Source of the DNA: Bacteroidales bacterium
Lineage (GTDB): Bacteria; Bacteroidota; Bacteroidia; Bacteroidales; WCHB1-69
DNA: 64,000 nucleotides
Assembly (NCBI GenBank): GCA_024400875.1
Contig: JAKSMB010000002.1
Span: 69,446-133,445, forward strand
Direction of reading: 5' to 3'
Positions 28,286 through 37,630 of this stretch are shown here, piece after piece; position 1 is the stretch's first letter, and each line of letters starts with the position of its first letter. Position numbers and translations under genes: made by a program. Under the pieces are notes generated by a model that saw only the letters and a list, made by a program, of their open reading frames with translations, was not told the DNA's origin and did no database searches.

Positions 28286-29953
28286 ATGAAGAAATATACA
28301 TTTACATTAATATCCTTATTGGTCTTTGTTCTTGCTGCTTTGACGACGTCGGCTCAGGAGTGTCCGGCAACTTGTTATCGATTGTATCTGCACGATAAGG
28401 CCTTAAGTCCTTATAGTATCTTTCGTCCGCAGGAGTTTCTTTCGGAAAGAGCTATCGCAAAACGCCAACGTTTTAACATACCTATAACAACACAGGATTT
28501 TCCTGTTAACCCAAATTATGTTCAGCAGGTAAAGACTATTGATCAGGATGTTCGTGTCCTTGCATCTTGCAAATGGTTGAATACAATCACCATATATTGT
28601 CCAAATCGAAATTCGTTGGAACAGATCCAGCAATTGTCGTGTGTTGATAGTGTTGTGCCTGTGGCAAACTACGATTTGTCACAGCCGATAGCAAAGCAGG
28701 CTCAAACAGTAGAGCCCCCAATGGCATCCATTGTAAAGGCGCCACAGGAAGAGAACTATTACGATTATGGTAACGGTTATGCTCAGATTGCCATCCATAA
28801 TGGCCATCTCTTGCATAATCAAGGATTTCGGGGTGAGGATATGTTGATTGCTGTTTTTGATGCGGGATGGAATAGCGTGGATACGATTGCTTCTTTCGCT
28901 AACCTTTATCAGGAAGGACGTATGTGGGGTGCAATCGATCTTGTACCTTGGCGCGATAATGTATATGATGGTCATTACCACGGTACGCTCGTAACGTCCA
29001 CGATGGCAGCGGCAAACCAGTCTTCCTTGGTTGGAACAGCCCCAAAAGCAAACTATTTCTTCATCCGTTCGGAAGAGCCTGATATGGAGCAGCTGATTGA
29101 GGAAGATTTCTGGGCTTATGCGGCCTGTATCGCCGACAGCATAGGTGCGGATGTCATCAACTCTTCGCTGGGTTATACCAACTTTGCCGATTTTCCTCAG
29201 GTGAACAACAACTATTGGGTAGATATGGATGGTCAACACAGTATCGCGTCTTTGGCGGCTACGATTTTGGGGCAGAAGGGTGTGATTGTGTGCATCAGTG
29301 CGGGCAACGATGGTGCCAACGAGTGGCACTATATCAGCCACCCTTGTGATGCTTTTGATGTGCTGGCTATCGGTGCTGCTGATATTGAGGGTAATGCTGC
29401 TTCGTTCTCCTCTCGCGGTCCTTCTACGGATGGACGTGTTAAGCCCGATATCGCCTCTGTGGGCGTGAGCACTTCTTGTATATGGCCTGGCGATATTTTA
29501 GGGGTGGCCGACGGCACCAGTCTGGCAGGCCCCGTGGCAGCGGGACTCTGCGCGTGCCTTTGGCAGGCACTGCCCGAAAAGACTTCCCACGAGATGATGC
29601 AACTCATTCGCGAAGCAGGCTCCTGCTTCAATAACCCCAATGATTCCCTGGGCTATGGCATCCCCGATTTTTACGCAGCCTACCTTAATAATCAGGTTGG
29701 TGTGAATGAAATCGCACCTGCTACGGTTGAGGTTTTCCCAAATCCTTGTACCAATATTCTTCACATTTCTAACGGTGGCGCACAGGTCCAACGGATAGAA
29801 ATCTTCTCTATGGCCGGAACTATGGTGAAGACCTTTTCTTCTTCTTCTGATCTTCTTATTAGTCTGGATGTGGCTGACCTTACACCAGGTTTTTATGTTG
29901 GAAAAATATGGATGAAAGATGGGTCGGTTAGCGTTTTTAAATTGATTAAATAG
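28286..29953 (+). CDS. S8 subtilisin-like protease with T9SS CTD
   Basis: IAVFDAG, HGT, SAGN, GTSLAGP; tail VFPNPC..IFSMAG..PGFYV..FKLIK. Confidence 0.93.
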   Translation: MKKYTFTLISLLVFVLAALTTSAQECPATCYRLYLHDKALSPYSIFRPQEFLSERAIAKRQRFNIPITTQDFPVNPNYVQQVKTIDQDVRVLASCKWLNTITIYCPNRNSLEQIQQLSCVDSVVPVANYDLSQPIAKQAQTVEPPMASIVKAPQEENYYDYGNGYAQIAIHNGHLLHNQGFRGEDMLIAVFDAGWNSVDTIASFANLYQEGRMWGAIDLVPWRDNVYDGHYHGTLVTSTMAAANQSSLVGTAPKANYFFIRSEEPDMEQLIEEDFWAYAACIADSIGADVINSSLGYTNFADFPQVNNNYWVDMDGQHSIASLAATILGQKGVIVCISAGNDGANEWHYISHPCDAFDVLAIGAADIEGNAASFSSRGPSTDGRVKPDIASVGVSTSCIWPGDILGVADGTSLAGPVAAGLCACLWQALPEKTSHEMMQLIREAGSCFNNPNDSLGYGIPDFYAAYLNNQVGVNEIAPATVEVFPNPCTNILHISNGGAQVQRIEIFSMAGTMVKTFSSSSDLLISLDVADLTPGFYVGKIWMKDGSVSVFKLIK

Positions 29954-29964
29954 TTGAAATATTG

Positions 29965-29997
29965 ATAAAAGCGGATGATTATCCGCTTTTATTTTTT
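29965..29997 (+). terminator. Intrinsic terminator
   Basis: TAAAAGCGGAT-GATT-ATCCGCTTTTA followed by a T run. Confidence 0.8.
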
Positions 29998-30045
29998 ATC
30001 AACAATAAAATAATTAGTTTTCTCGTTGTTAATAAAAAATTAACA

Positions 30046-30738
30046 ATGAAAAAACTTTTTGATAATATTCTTTCGTTTTTTTATCCAAGAATATGCGTGG
30101 CGTGTGGACAGGCGTTGCAACAGCACGAGGAATTGCTGTGCTTACGTTGTATGCTGCACCTTCCGGAAACCCATTTCCACAAGGAACACGATAATTCGCT
30201 CAAGTATATCTTTGCAGGACGTGTGAAGGTGGAGGAGGTGGCATCGCTGATGTATTATAAGAAAGGAAATGCGGTGCAAAAGATTCTCCATGGTCTTAAG
30301 TATAAAGGACAAAAGGAGTTGGGTAGAAAATTAGGTCTTTATTATGGCCAACAATTGTTACAAGAACCTCGTTTTCAGAGTGTAGATTATATTGTTCCAA
30401 TTCCTTTGCATCCCAAGAAATTGCGCAAACGTGGTTACAATCAAAGCGAGTGGATTGCGAAGGGCTTGAGCAAAGGGATGCAGAAACCCTATTTGACGGA
30501 TGTGCTTGTGCGGTCGCAACATACGGAGACACAAACCCGGAAAAGTCGTTTCAATCGCTGGGAGAATGTGAAGGAGGTGTTTGCCGTTCAACACTCTGAG
30601 CGAGTGGAAGGGAAACACCTCCTGGTATGTGATGATGTGCTGACTACGGGCGCGACAATGGAGGCGGCCATACAGCAATTGCTTACTATTGAGGGCGTGT
30701 CGGTCAGTGTGGTGACGCTGGCAACGGCACAAGGGTAG
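30046..30738 (+). CDS. ComF-family phosphoribosyltransferase-like protein
   Basis: FYPRICVACG..CLRC, PIPLH..RKRGYNQSE, VCDDVLTTGAT; start reset to MKKLFD. Confidence 0.92.
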   Translation: MKKLFDNILSFFYPRICVACGQALQQHEELLCLRCMLHLPETHFHKEHDNSLKYIFAGRVKVEEVASLMYYKKGNAVQKILHGLKYKGQKELGRKLGLYYGQQLLQEPRFQSVDYIVPIPLHPKKLRKRGYNQSEWIAKGLSKGMQKPYLTDVLVRSQHTETQTRKSRFNRWENVKEVFAVQHSERVEGKHLLVCDDVLTTGATMEAAIQQLLTIEGVSVSVVTLATAQG

Positions 30739-30744
30739 TTCTCG

Positions 30745-33126
30745 TTATTCTTTCACGAACTTACGACTGTTGTATCCTGTGCGAACAATGTAGATGCCAG
30801 ATGGAAGATCCTGGATGTCGATGTGTCCAGTAGTGCTTGTCATCTGTTCTTGTTTCAACAAGCGGCCAGCAAGATCATATACGTGAATGGAACTGCCGAT
30901 TTCGTTGTCGGAGATGGTGTAGTACAGGTTGTTGCTGGCTGGGTTCGGGAAAATGTCAAGTTGATGTACGTCGTAAGCGTGTTCGGTAATGCTAACTGGG
31001 AAATCACCGCCGGCAACTAAGGTGGCATCAAATGACACTTCTACATAGTTCTTGAAATTGTTGTTGTTGGTAAGAACGATGTAGGTTTTGCCACTCTGAT
31101 GTACCGGGAGGTTAATGCTGCCAGAGGTCAACGCACCAAAGTCGTATTCTACATTGGCGGTGCGGTTTCCTTCTTGGAATGCTGCCAACTGGGATTCGTT
31201 GACGGTATAGATGTTCAACCCAGCGGGAGTGTTGGTTCTTTCATAGAAGGTGGAGGATTGCACGTCGGCAGGGTTGGTGCTGGAGGTGATGTTTCGTGCA
31301 TCTAAGGTGAGTTGCAGACTCTGACTGGCAGCATATTGCTGTTGTGCAGAGGTGATGTGATGACGATAGCTTAAGCAAGAATCTGGAAACTCGTAGCTCA
31401 ACGTGTAGGTGTGGTTGGCAGTAGCGTTGCTGGTTATGAGGTTGTAGGCTTGACCACTGGTGGTTGGATAGCTACCGTATTTAGGGTGAGATATCTTCAT
31501 ATAATATTTCTTCCCGTTGCCCAATTTGACTGAGATCTTTCCCTCAGAGTCGGTCCAAAGGTAACCTGCCGACATCACGTAGGTGGTGCCATATTGGGTG
31601 TTTGTTGAGTATAGATGCACTAATGCGCCATCCACAGGAACGCCCGTGTTGTCGGTGACGGTGAGGTTGAGGGTGCACGGCGTGCTGCTGGAGTATTTTT
31701 CAGATAGGTTGATCATATGTCCATCGGGGGCGTAGCCTTGAACGAGGGAACTCTTCCAGCCGTAGTTGCCGTTGTCTTGCATATTGGTCATACCCCAGTA
31801 GTAAGGGCGTCCGGCGGAACAGCCGCCACGGAAGAATTCAAAGTGATGCCAGATGGTGTCTTCGCCATCGTGGAAGGCGGTCCATACGTGATCGTCGCAT
31901 AAGTCGGCTACGTGTATGCAGGGGATGAGTGCTGTGCGTGCGGCAGCCACCAACATCATAGCATCTTCGTGACAGTTGCCCACGTGTTTCCAAGCAATGT
32001 GGTTCGGTTCGGATGGACGATAGTCGCTTTCGCTGGTCACATCCTGCGGAAGGCATCGAGAAGCCCAGTTGCCTAAGACGTTCATCGCACTTTGAGAGCT
32101 GGTGAAAGAACGGTTGAACAACCAGATGCTGTAGTTCTCGTCCCAAAGGTAGGCGGGCATCTGCATGATATTGCCCAGACGAGGAATGGTGTCGATGCGA
32201 ACGGTGTCGCGGTCGCCACTGGAGTTGATGGCTACGTAACCCCAGGTGTTCACGTTATGGTATCCGCGGTATGCCGTGTCGGCGGGGTTGACGGCCTGTG
32301 CGTAGTCGTTCCACAAGTAGTCGCGCCAGAAGTAACCCCAGGTGCGGTAGGCGGAAATGGAGGTCAGGTTGTCAACGGTTGCAACATATTCTTGCTCTAC
32401 CTTTGGCATAACGATGAACTGGTAGTAGTAATACTTGTCAATTTCTCGCCAGATATAGTTGGAACCCTGTTTGATCTTATATTTCGTAGTGGTAAACCAA
32501 TCCCCGCTGATGGTGTCGCCGTGCTCCACAAGTTCTACATACTGCAACGAGTCGGCGTGCAAGTAAATGAGGCTTGCATTGTCCACAAGATGACTCCAAT
32601 CTTCAGGAAGTCGAGAGTAGGTGAGTGCCTCAACCGGGAGATAGGTGATGACGTAGGCAACCTCATCCAGATATTTCTTTGGAGTTCTATTGATGAGGTT
32701 GACCATCTTGGTGCGTGTGGCTGAAGAGGTTACAACCTTAAATTTAAAACGGAGATCGTATTGTAACCATTGCGGTACGCGTTGGATGGCATTTTCAATG
32801 TCGTTGCTGAATGTGATGCCGAGGTGGGTGGTGTCTTCGGTGATGCTGTTGCCGTTAACAGATAAAATGACGGACTCGCCCGGCGCAAGTATGCGTTTGG
32901 TAGGATTGGTGAGATCTTTTACAGCACCCACATAGCCCGTTTTGCTTCTATTTGTGTGACCAAAGGGGAGGTCGATGGTGGAGGTTATCTCGTGGGTTCT
33001 ATTTTGAGGAATGTTGATGACTTCATTGCTGAAGTTTTTGTTAACCACAATAGATTCAATAACTTCCTGCGAGAAAATAGGGTAAATGCAGAGAATGATG
33101 AGCAAAGATAGAAGCGTTTTTTTCAT
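30745..33126 (-). CDS. Secreted transglutaminase-like (Cys-His-acid) protein with T9SS CTD
   Basis: Signal peptide; GNCHED..LVAAARTALIP..DHVW..WHHFE; beta-sandwich segment VTDNTGVPVDGA..WTDSEG; tail IFPNPASN..YDLAGRLL..SGIYIV..KFVKE. Confidence 0.75.
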   Translation of the reverse strand: MKKTLLSLLIILCIYPIFSQEVIESIVVNKNFSNEVINIPQNRTHEITSTIDLPFGHTNRSKTGYVGAVKDLTNPTKRILAPGESVILSVNGNSITEDTTHLGITFSNDIENAIQRVPQWLQYDLRFKFKVVTSSATRTKMVNLINRTPKKYLDEVAYVITYLPVEALTYSRLPEDWSHLVDNASLIYLHADSLQYVELVEHGDTISGDWFTTTKYKIKQGSNYIWREIDKYYYYQFIVMPKVEQEYVATVDNLTSISAYRTWGYFWRDYLWNDYAQAVNPADTAYRGYHNVNTWGYVAINSSGDRDTVRIDTIPRLGNIMQMPAYLWDENYSIWLFNRSFTSSQSAMNVLGNWASRCLPQDVTSESDYRPSEPNHIAWKHVGNCHEDAMMLVAAARTALIPCIHVADLCDDHVWTAFHDGEDTIWHHFEFFRGGCSAGRPYYWGMTNMQDNGNYGWKSSLVQGYAPDGHMINLSEKYSSSTPCTLNLTVTDNTGVPVDGALVHLYSTNTQYGTTYVMSAGYLWTDSEGKISVKLGNGKKYYMKISHPKYGSYPTTSGQAYNLITSNATANHTYTLSYEFPDSCLSYRHHITSAQQQYAASQSLQLTLDARNITSSTNPADVQSSTFYERTNTPAGLNIYTVNESQLAAFQEGNRTANVEYDFGALTSGSINLPVHQSGKTYIVLTNNNNFKNYVEVSFDATLVAGGDFPVSITEHAYDVHQLDIFPNPASNNLYYTISDNEIGSSIHVYDLAGRLLKQEQMTSTTGHIDIQDLPSGIYIVRTGYNSRKFVKE

Positions 33127-33153
33127 AATTCTTTTTTTTTCAGAAACCAGCAG

Positions 33154-33210
33154 CAAAAATAGAAAAAAACAAGGTTGATATGCTGTGTTTGGGCTAAAAT
33201 GCTATATTTG
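33154..33210. promoter_or_regulatory. Divergent -7 boxes
   Basis: TATTTTTG on - (33154-33161); TATATTTG on + (33203-33210). Confidence 0.62.
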
Positions 33211-33227
33211 CAGCCCATCAGATAGAT

Positions 33228-35021
33228 ATGTTTAAACGTAGAGTCCAATATGTACTGGCCGTCTTTCGGCATTTCCTAAGAACGCACTTCAGTCAGCGTG
33301 CCATTGTTCTTTTGTTGAGCGTGGTGATTGGTGTGTTGGGAGCCGCCGCCGCCATTATCATTAAGAATTTATTGTTCCTTACTACCAGATTGTTATCGCA
33401 GGCTTTTCCGTTGGCCGACTTCAACTATCTCTATCTGATCTTTCCACCAATAGGCATTATCCTTACTCTCTTGTTCGTGCGTCGCTTTGTTCACGACAAT
33501 CTCAGTCACGGGGTGAGCATTGTTTTGAAGTCCATTTGCAAGAGTGATGGAAAGCTTCGTTTACACAATGTCTATTCATCAATGATTTCCAGTGCCATCA
33601 CCGTCGGCTTTGGCGGATCCGTGGGATTGGAGGCGCCGATGGTGTTGACCGGTTCTGCTATCGGTTCCAACCTGGGCCGTTTCTTCCATCTCAATGCCAA
33701 GCAGACAACCTTGTTGCTGGCGTGCGGATCTGCGGCAGCTATGGCAGCCATCTTTAAGGCTCCTGTTGCGGCCATCGTCTTCACGTTCGAGGTACTGATG
33801 CTGGACTTGACCGGTACGGCAATCTTGCCCCTATTGCTTTCGGCGGCTACCGGCACGGTGATGTCGTTGCTTTTCCTTGGCAATGAGGTGATGTTCAACA
33901 TCAATGCCACCAAGGCGTTCTTTTTGTCCAACATCCCTCTGTATGCTATCTTGGGTTTGCTCTGTGGCTTGCTCTCCGTATATTTCCTCCGCGTTTCCCG
34001 ATGGGTAGAGAAACTGATGAAGAAGATACGCCTGCCGTATGTTCGTGCTGTGATCGGTGGTCTAGGACTTTGTTTACTGATCTTCCTGTTCCCGGTGCTT
34101 TACGGTGAAGGATATGAGAGTATCAACCAACTTATCCATAACGGTTTGCAGAATCCTGGATTTTTCAAGGGTTCACCGTTGGACATCCTCTGTGGCAATG
34201 AATATCTTTTCCTGTTGGGCATTGCTGGCATTATCATGCTCAAGGTGTTTGCCACAACGTTCACTACGGCGGCTGGCGGTATCGGTGGTGTGTTTGCCCC
34301 AACGCTTTTCATAGGTGCTTACGCCGGTTTCTTGGTGGCCGCTATTGCCAACCATATCACGGGTGTGAACGTGCCGTACGTGAACTTCATCCTCGCCGGT
34401 ATGGCAGGTGTGATGACGGGGGTGATGCAAGCCCCGATGACGGCGATCTTCCTCATCGCGGAACTCTCCACGGGCTATACGCTGCTCATCCCTCTGATGG
34501 TGACCGCCGCCTGCTCCTACCTCTGCGTTCACCCATTTGAAAAGTATTCGGTTTACACTCGACCATTAGCTGAAAAAGGTAATCTTAAAACCCATAATAA
34601 AAACAAATTCGCCCTTCGTAAACTGGATTGGCACCGACTCATCGACCACGATATTAAGACGATTCCTTTACATAGTACGCTCCGAGAGTATGTTCAAACT
34701 ATCGCCAGTTGTAAACGTAATATCTTTGTGGTTATTGATGATAAAGATACTTTCGCAGGCTTGCTGGTTATGGACGACCATAGGGAAACAATCTTTAAAC
34801 AAGAACTTTACGATCTTGTTCGCGTTGATGATCTGATTATGATGCCTGATACGTTTCTCTATGATGAGGATACGGCAACCGTGGCATTGGAAAAATTCAA
34901 TAAGACGGGTAATTTTAATATGCCTGTCATAACTAAGGATAGAAAATATGTCGGTTTTGTCAATAAGACGCGGTTCTTGGCAGAGTATCAGCGTTTTATT
35001 GCCTCAGAATCAGAAGATTAA
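33228..35021 (+). CDS. ClC-family chloride channel/antiporter with C-terminal CBS pair
   Basis: GGSVGLEAP, FKAPVAA, GGIGGVFAPTL, many TM segments, CBS-like tail. Confidence 0.92.
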   Translation: MFKRRVQYVLAVFRHFLRTHFSQRAIVLLLSVVIGVLGAAAAIIIKNLLFLTTRLLSQAFPLADFNYLYLIFPPIGIILTLLFVRRFVHDNLSHGVSIVLKSICKSDGKLRLHNVYSSMISSAITVGFGGSVGLEAPMVLTGSAIGSNLGRFFHLNAKQTTLLLACGSAAAMAAIFKAPVAAIVFTFEVLMLDLTGTAILPLLLSAATGTVMSLLFLGNEVMFNINATKAFFLSNIPLYAILGLLCGLLSVYFLRVSRWVEKLMKKIRLPYVRAVIGGLGLCLLIFLFPVLYGEGYESINQLIHNGLQNPGFFKGSPLDILCGNEYLFLLGIAGIIMLKVFATTFTTAAGGIGGVFAPTLFIGAYAGFLVAAIANHITGVNVPYVNFILAGMAGVMTGVMQAPMTAIFLIAELSTGYTLLIPLMVTAACSYLCVHPFEKYSVYTRPLAEKGNLKTHNKNKFALRKLDWHRLIDHDIKTIPLHSTLREYVQTIASCKRNIFVVIDDKDTFAGLLVMDDHRETIFKQELYDLVRVDDLIMMPDTFLYDEDTATVALEKFNKTGNFNMPVITKDRKYVGFVNKTRFLAEYQRFIASESED

Positions 35022-35031
35022 TTTTTTGAGA

Positions 35032-35595
35032 ATGAAAATAGAGAAAACATCCATCAATGGATTGATAATTATAGAACCTCGTGTATTCAAAGATGAACGA
35101 GGTTATTTTTTTGAAAGTTTTAATGAACGTGCTTGGGAAGAGGCCGGCGTTTGCGAACGTTGGGTGCAAGATAATCAGTCCTGCTCCCAAAAAGGAGTTG
35201 TTCGCGGATTGCATTTCCAAAAACCACCCTTTGCTCAAGCTAAGCTCGTCCGTATTCTTCGTGGCGCTGCTATCGACTTTGCTGTGGATATCCGAAAGGG
35301 TAGTCCTACCTACGGACAGTATCATTCCGTGCTGCTGACCGCCGATAACTTCCGTCAGTTCTATATCCCCGCAGGTTTCGCACACGGCTTTTCCGCTTTG
35401 GAAGATGATACCCTCTTTGCATATAAATGTTCCAATTTCTATAATAAGGAGTCAGAAGGAAGCATCCGATTCGACGACCCTGACCTCAACATCAACTGGC
35501 AGGTAGAAAATCCATTGACCTCCGAAAAGGATCTGATGGGCTCGTTCTTGAAAGACTTCGATTCACCCTTTGACTATAACGACTTTAAGAAATGA
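35032..35595 (+). CDS. rfbC: dTDP-4-dehydrorhamnose 3,5-epimerase
   Basis: FKDERGYFFE, VQDNQS, GVVRGLHFQ, QAKLV, GFAHGF; start MKIEKT. Confidence 0.95.
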   Translation: MKIEKTSINGLIIIEPRVFKDERGYFFESFNERAWEEAGVCERWVQDNQSCSQKGVVRGLHFQKPPFAQAKLVRILRGAAIDFAVDIRKGSPTYGQYHSVLLTADNFRQFYIPAGFAHGFSALEDDTLFAYKCSNFYNKESEGSIRFDDPDLNINWQVENPLTSEKDLMGSFLKDFDSPFDYNDFKK

Positions 35596-36239
35596 TCAAG
35601 CTGGTAATTTTCGACCTTGATGGTACCTTGATGAACACGTTGGAAGACCTTGCCGATGCGGCTAACCACGTGTTGTCATCCCACGGATTCCCTACTCATC
35701 CCGTGCCTGCCTATTGCTATTTTGTGGGCAACGGTATGTATGACCTCATCCGTCGCATTCTCCCGGAAGGAGAGAAAGAGGGGCCTATGTTCGACATCTG
35801 TTTCCAGGAGTTTTACGAGTATTATACAGCCCACATGCACGATAAGACCACGATTTACGACGGACTTTGGGAGGTGCTGGAAGAACTGCAGCGTCGTGGT
35901 GTTAAGATGGCGGTGGCCACCAACAAGGTACACGAAGCCTTGGCTCCGCTGATGGCCGAGTATTTCCCAACGATTCGCTTTAGTGCGGTCTTTGGACAAC
36001 GCAAGGGTGTTCCTACGAAACCAGATCCACAGATTGTTTACGATATTTTGGAACAAACAGGTGTAAGCAAGGAGGATGCACTCTATTTAGGAGATACCAA
36101 TGTGGATATGATTACGGCGCATCGTGCAGGCCTGAAGGCTGTTGGTGTGCTCTGGGGCTATCGTACCCGTGAGGAACTCGAAGGCGAAAACGCAGAATAC
36201 ATCATCAGCCATCCATCGGAATTGCTGCAGCTGATTTAG
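35592..36239 (+). CDS. HAD-superfamily hydrolase (phosphoglycolate phosphatase-like)
   Basis: FDLDGTL, VATNK, KPDP, GDTNVD. Confidence 0.9.
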   Translation: MIKLVIFDLDGTLMNTLEDLADAANHVLSSHGFPTHPVPAYCYFVGNGMYDLIRRILPEGEKEGPMFDICFQEFYEYYTAHMHDKTTIYDGLWEVLEELQRRGVKMAVATNKVHEALAPLMAEYFPTIRFSAVFGQRKGVPTKPDPQIVYDILEQTGVSKEDALYLGDTNVDMITAHRAGLKAVGVLWGYRTREELEGENAEYIISHPSELLQLI

Positions 36240-37525
36240 TGTTTCTTTGAAGTCATTACGTCTAACACGTAGTCGTCGGTGGCGGCCATACCCTTGAGTC
36301 CCAGGTTGGCAAGGTTCTGAACACATTGATCCACATCGTCGTCGATGATACCTTCTACGGAGGTTACGGTTTCGTCTTCGATGGCTAACATGGAGGATAA
36401 TACCGCCGTAGAGATGCCGGTGGCAATCTTCAAAGAACAGCTTGGTTTTGCGCCATCGCATACCATACCCGAGATGTTGGCAATCATATTCTTTACGGCA
36501 TAAGCAACCTCATCGTAGGTGCCGCCCATCAAGTAGGTGAGACCGCAAGAGGAGCCAGTGGCAGCTACTACGCAACCGCACAATGGAGATAGTCTTCCGA
36601 AACTTTGTTTGATATAGATGACGGTGAGATGACTGAGCATCAGGGCGCGGATAAGTTCCTCTTCGCTTTTGAGGCGCTCTTTGGCAAATACCCAAACCGG
36701 AAGGGTGGCCGCAATGCCCTGGTTGCCACTACCAGAGTTGCTCATCACTGGCACTTTGACGCCCGCCATACGGGCATCACAGGCGGCAGAGGTGTAGGCC
36801 AAAATCTTAGCATATACACCATTACCAAAGAAATGTGATTTGGGTTCCATGAAAATGGAACGGCCCAAACTATGGCCATAGTTGTTTTTCAAAGAGAGTT
36901 CAGCAGCATTTTTGTTCAACTCGGCAGCCTCCATAATGAAGCGGATTTCGTCGAGGGGCGCGGTGGTAGCGAAGTCAAATACTTTGCGCAGGGAGAGTTT
37001 TGGAGCTGTATCGTCTTCCGTTCCCTGTTTTTTCTGGGTGTCATCTAATATAACTTCACCATCTTTTTCAATAAAGGAGTAGTGCGTGTGATTTCCGCTG
37101 ATGACAACCGTAACGGTGTGGTTGGCGCCGCTGCTGATGATTTCGATGTAGAGTTTTTCTTCCGTATCTTTCTTTCGTTTGATGTCGATGCGCTGTTCAT
37201 CGATGTATTTGCGACCGACTTCTACATCTTCAGGGTTGGTGTCTTTGAGCACTTCCAGCTGGTACTCCGACTTTCCGATCAATGCGCCTAATGCGATTGC
37301 GATAGGTAAACCAATCATATTGGTACCAGGAATGCCTACGCCCATAGCGTTCTTTAACACGTTGGCACTCAGTAATACAGATATTTTCTCGGGCACTTGA
37401 CCCAAAATCTCTTTGGATTTTGCTACCGCTAAGGCAACGGCCATAGGTTCGGTGCAGCCAATGGCTGGAACAACTTCTTTCTTTACCAGGTCAATGATTT
37501 GAGCTCTTTCTTCTTGTGTCATCAT
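36236..37525 (-). CDS. YhaM/CdsB-like L-cysteine desulfidase (serine dehydratase alpha-like)
   Basis: PAIGCTEP, KNAMGVGIPG, DARMAG, MSNSGSGNQG, CDGAKPSC; -7 box at 37549-37556. Confidence 0.88.
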   Translation of the reverse strand: MMTQEERAQIIDLVKKEVVPAIGCTEPMAVALAVAKSKEILGQVPEKISVLLSANVLKNAMGVGIPGTNMIGLPIAIALGALIGKSEYQLEVLKDTNPEDVEVGRKYIDEQRIDIKRKKDTEEKLYIEIISSGANHTVTVVISGNHTHYSFIEKDGEVILDDTQKKQGTEDDTAPKLSLRKVFDFATTAPLDEIRFIMEAAELNKNAAELSLKNNYGHSLGRSIFMEPKSHFFGNGVYAKILAYTSAACDARMAGVKVPVMSNSGSGNQGIAATLPVWVFAKERLKSEEELIRALMLSHLTVIYIKQSFGRLSPLCGCVVAATGSSCGLTYLMGGTYDEVAYAVKNMIANISGMVCDGAKPSCSLKIATGISTAVLSSMLAIEDETVTSVEGIIDDDVDQCVQNLANLGLKGMAATDDYVLDVMTSKKH

Positions 37526-37588
37526 AATATCTGTATAATTTAGAAATGCAAAAATAATAAAAACACGAACATAAAACGTAATCAAAAG

Positions 37589-37630
37589 CACGCCTCCTGC
37601 TTACCGCTTACTGCCTCCTGCCTTCTGCCT
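37589..37630 (-). repeat. Six degenerate heptamer tandem repeats spanning the M16 stop codon
   Basis: On -: AGGCAGA AGGCAGG AGGCAGT AAGCGGT AAGCAGG AGGCGTG. Confidence 0.7.

Noticed and set aside
35032-35595. Orphan rfbC as the sign of a polysaccharide locus
   Set aside because: No rfbA/B/D or other polysaccharide genes are adjacent; scattered rml genes are unremarkable.
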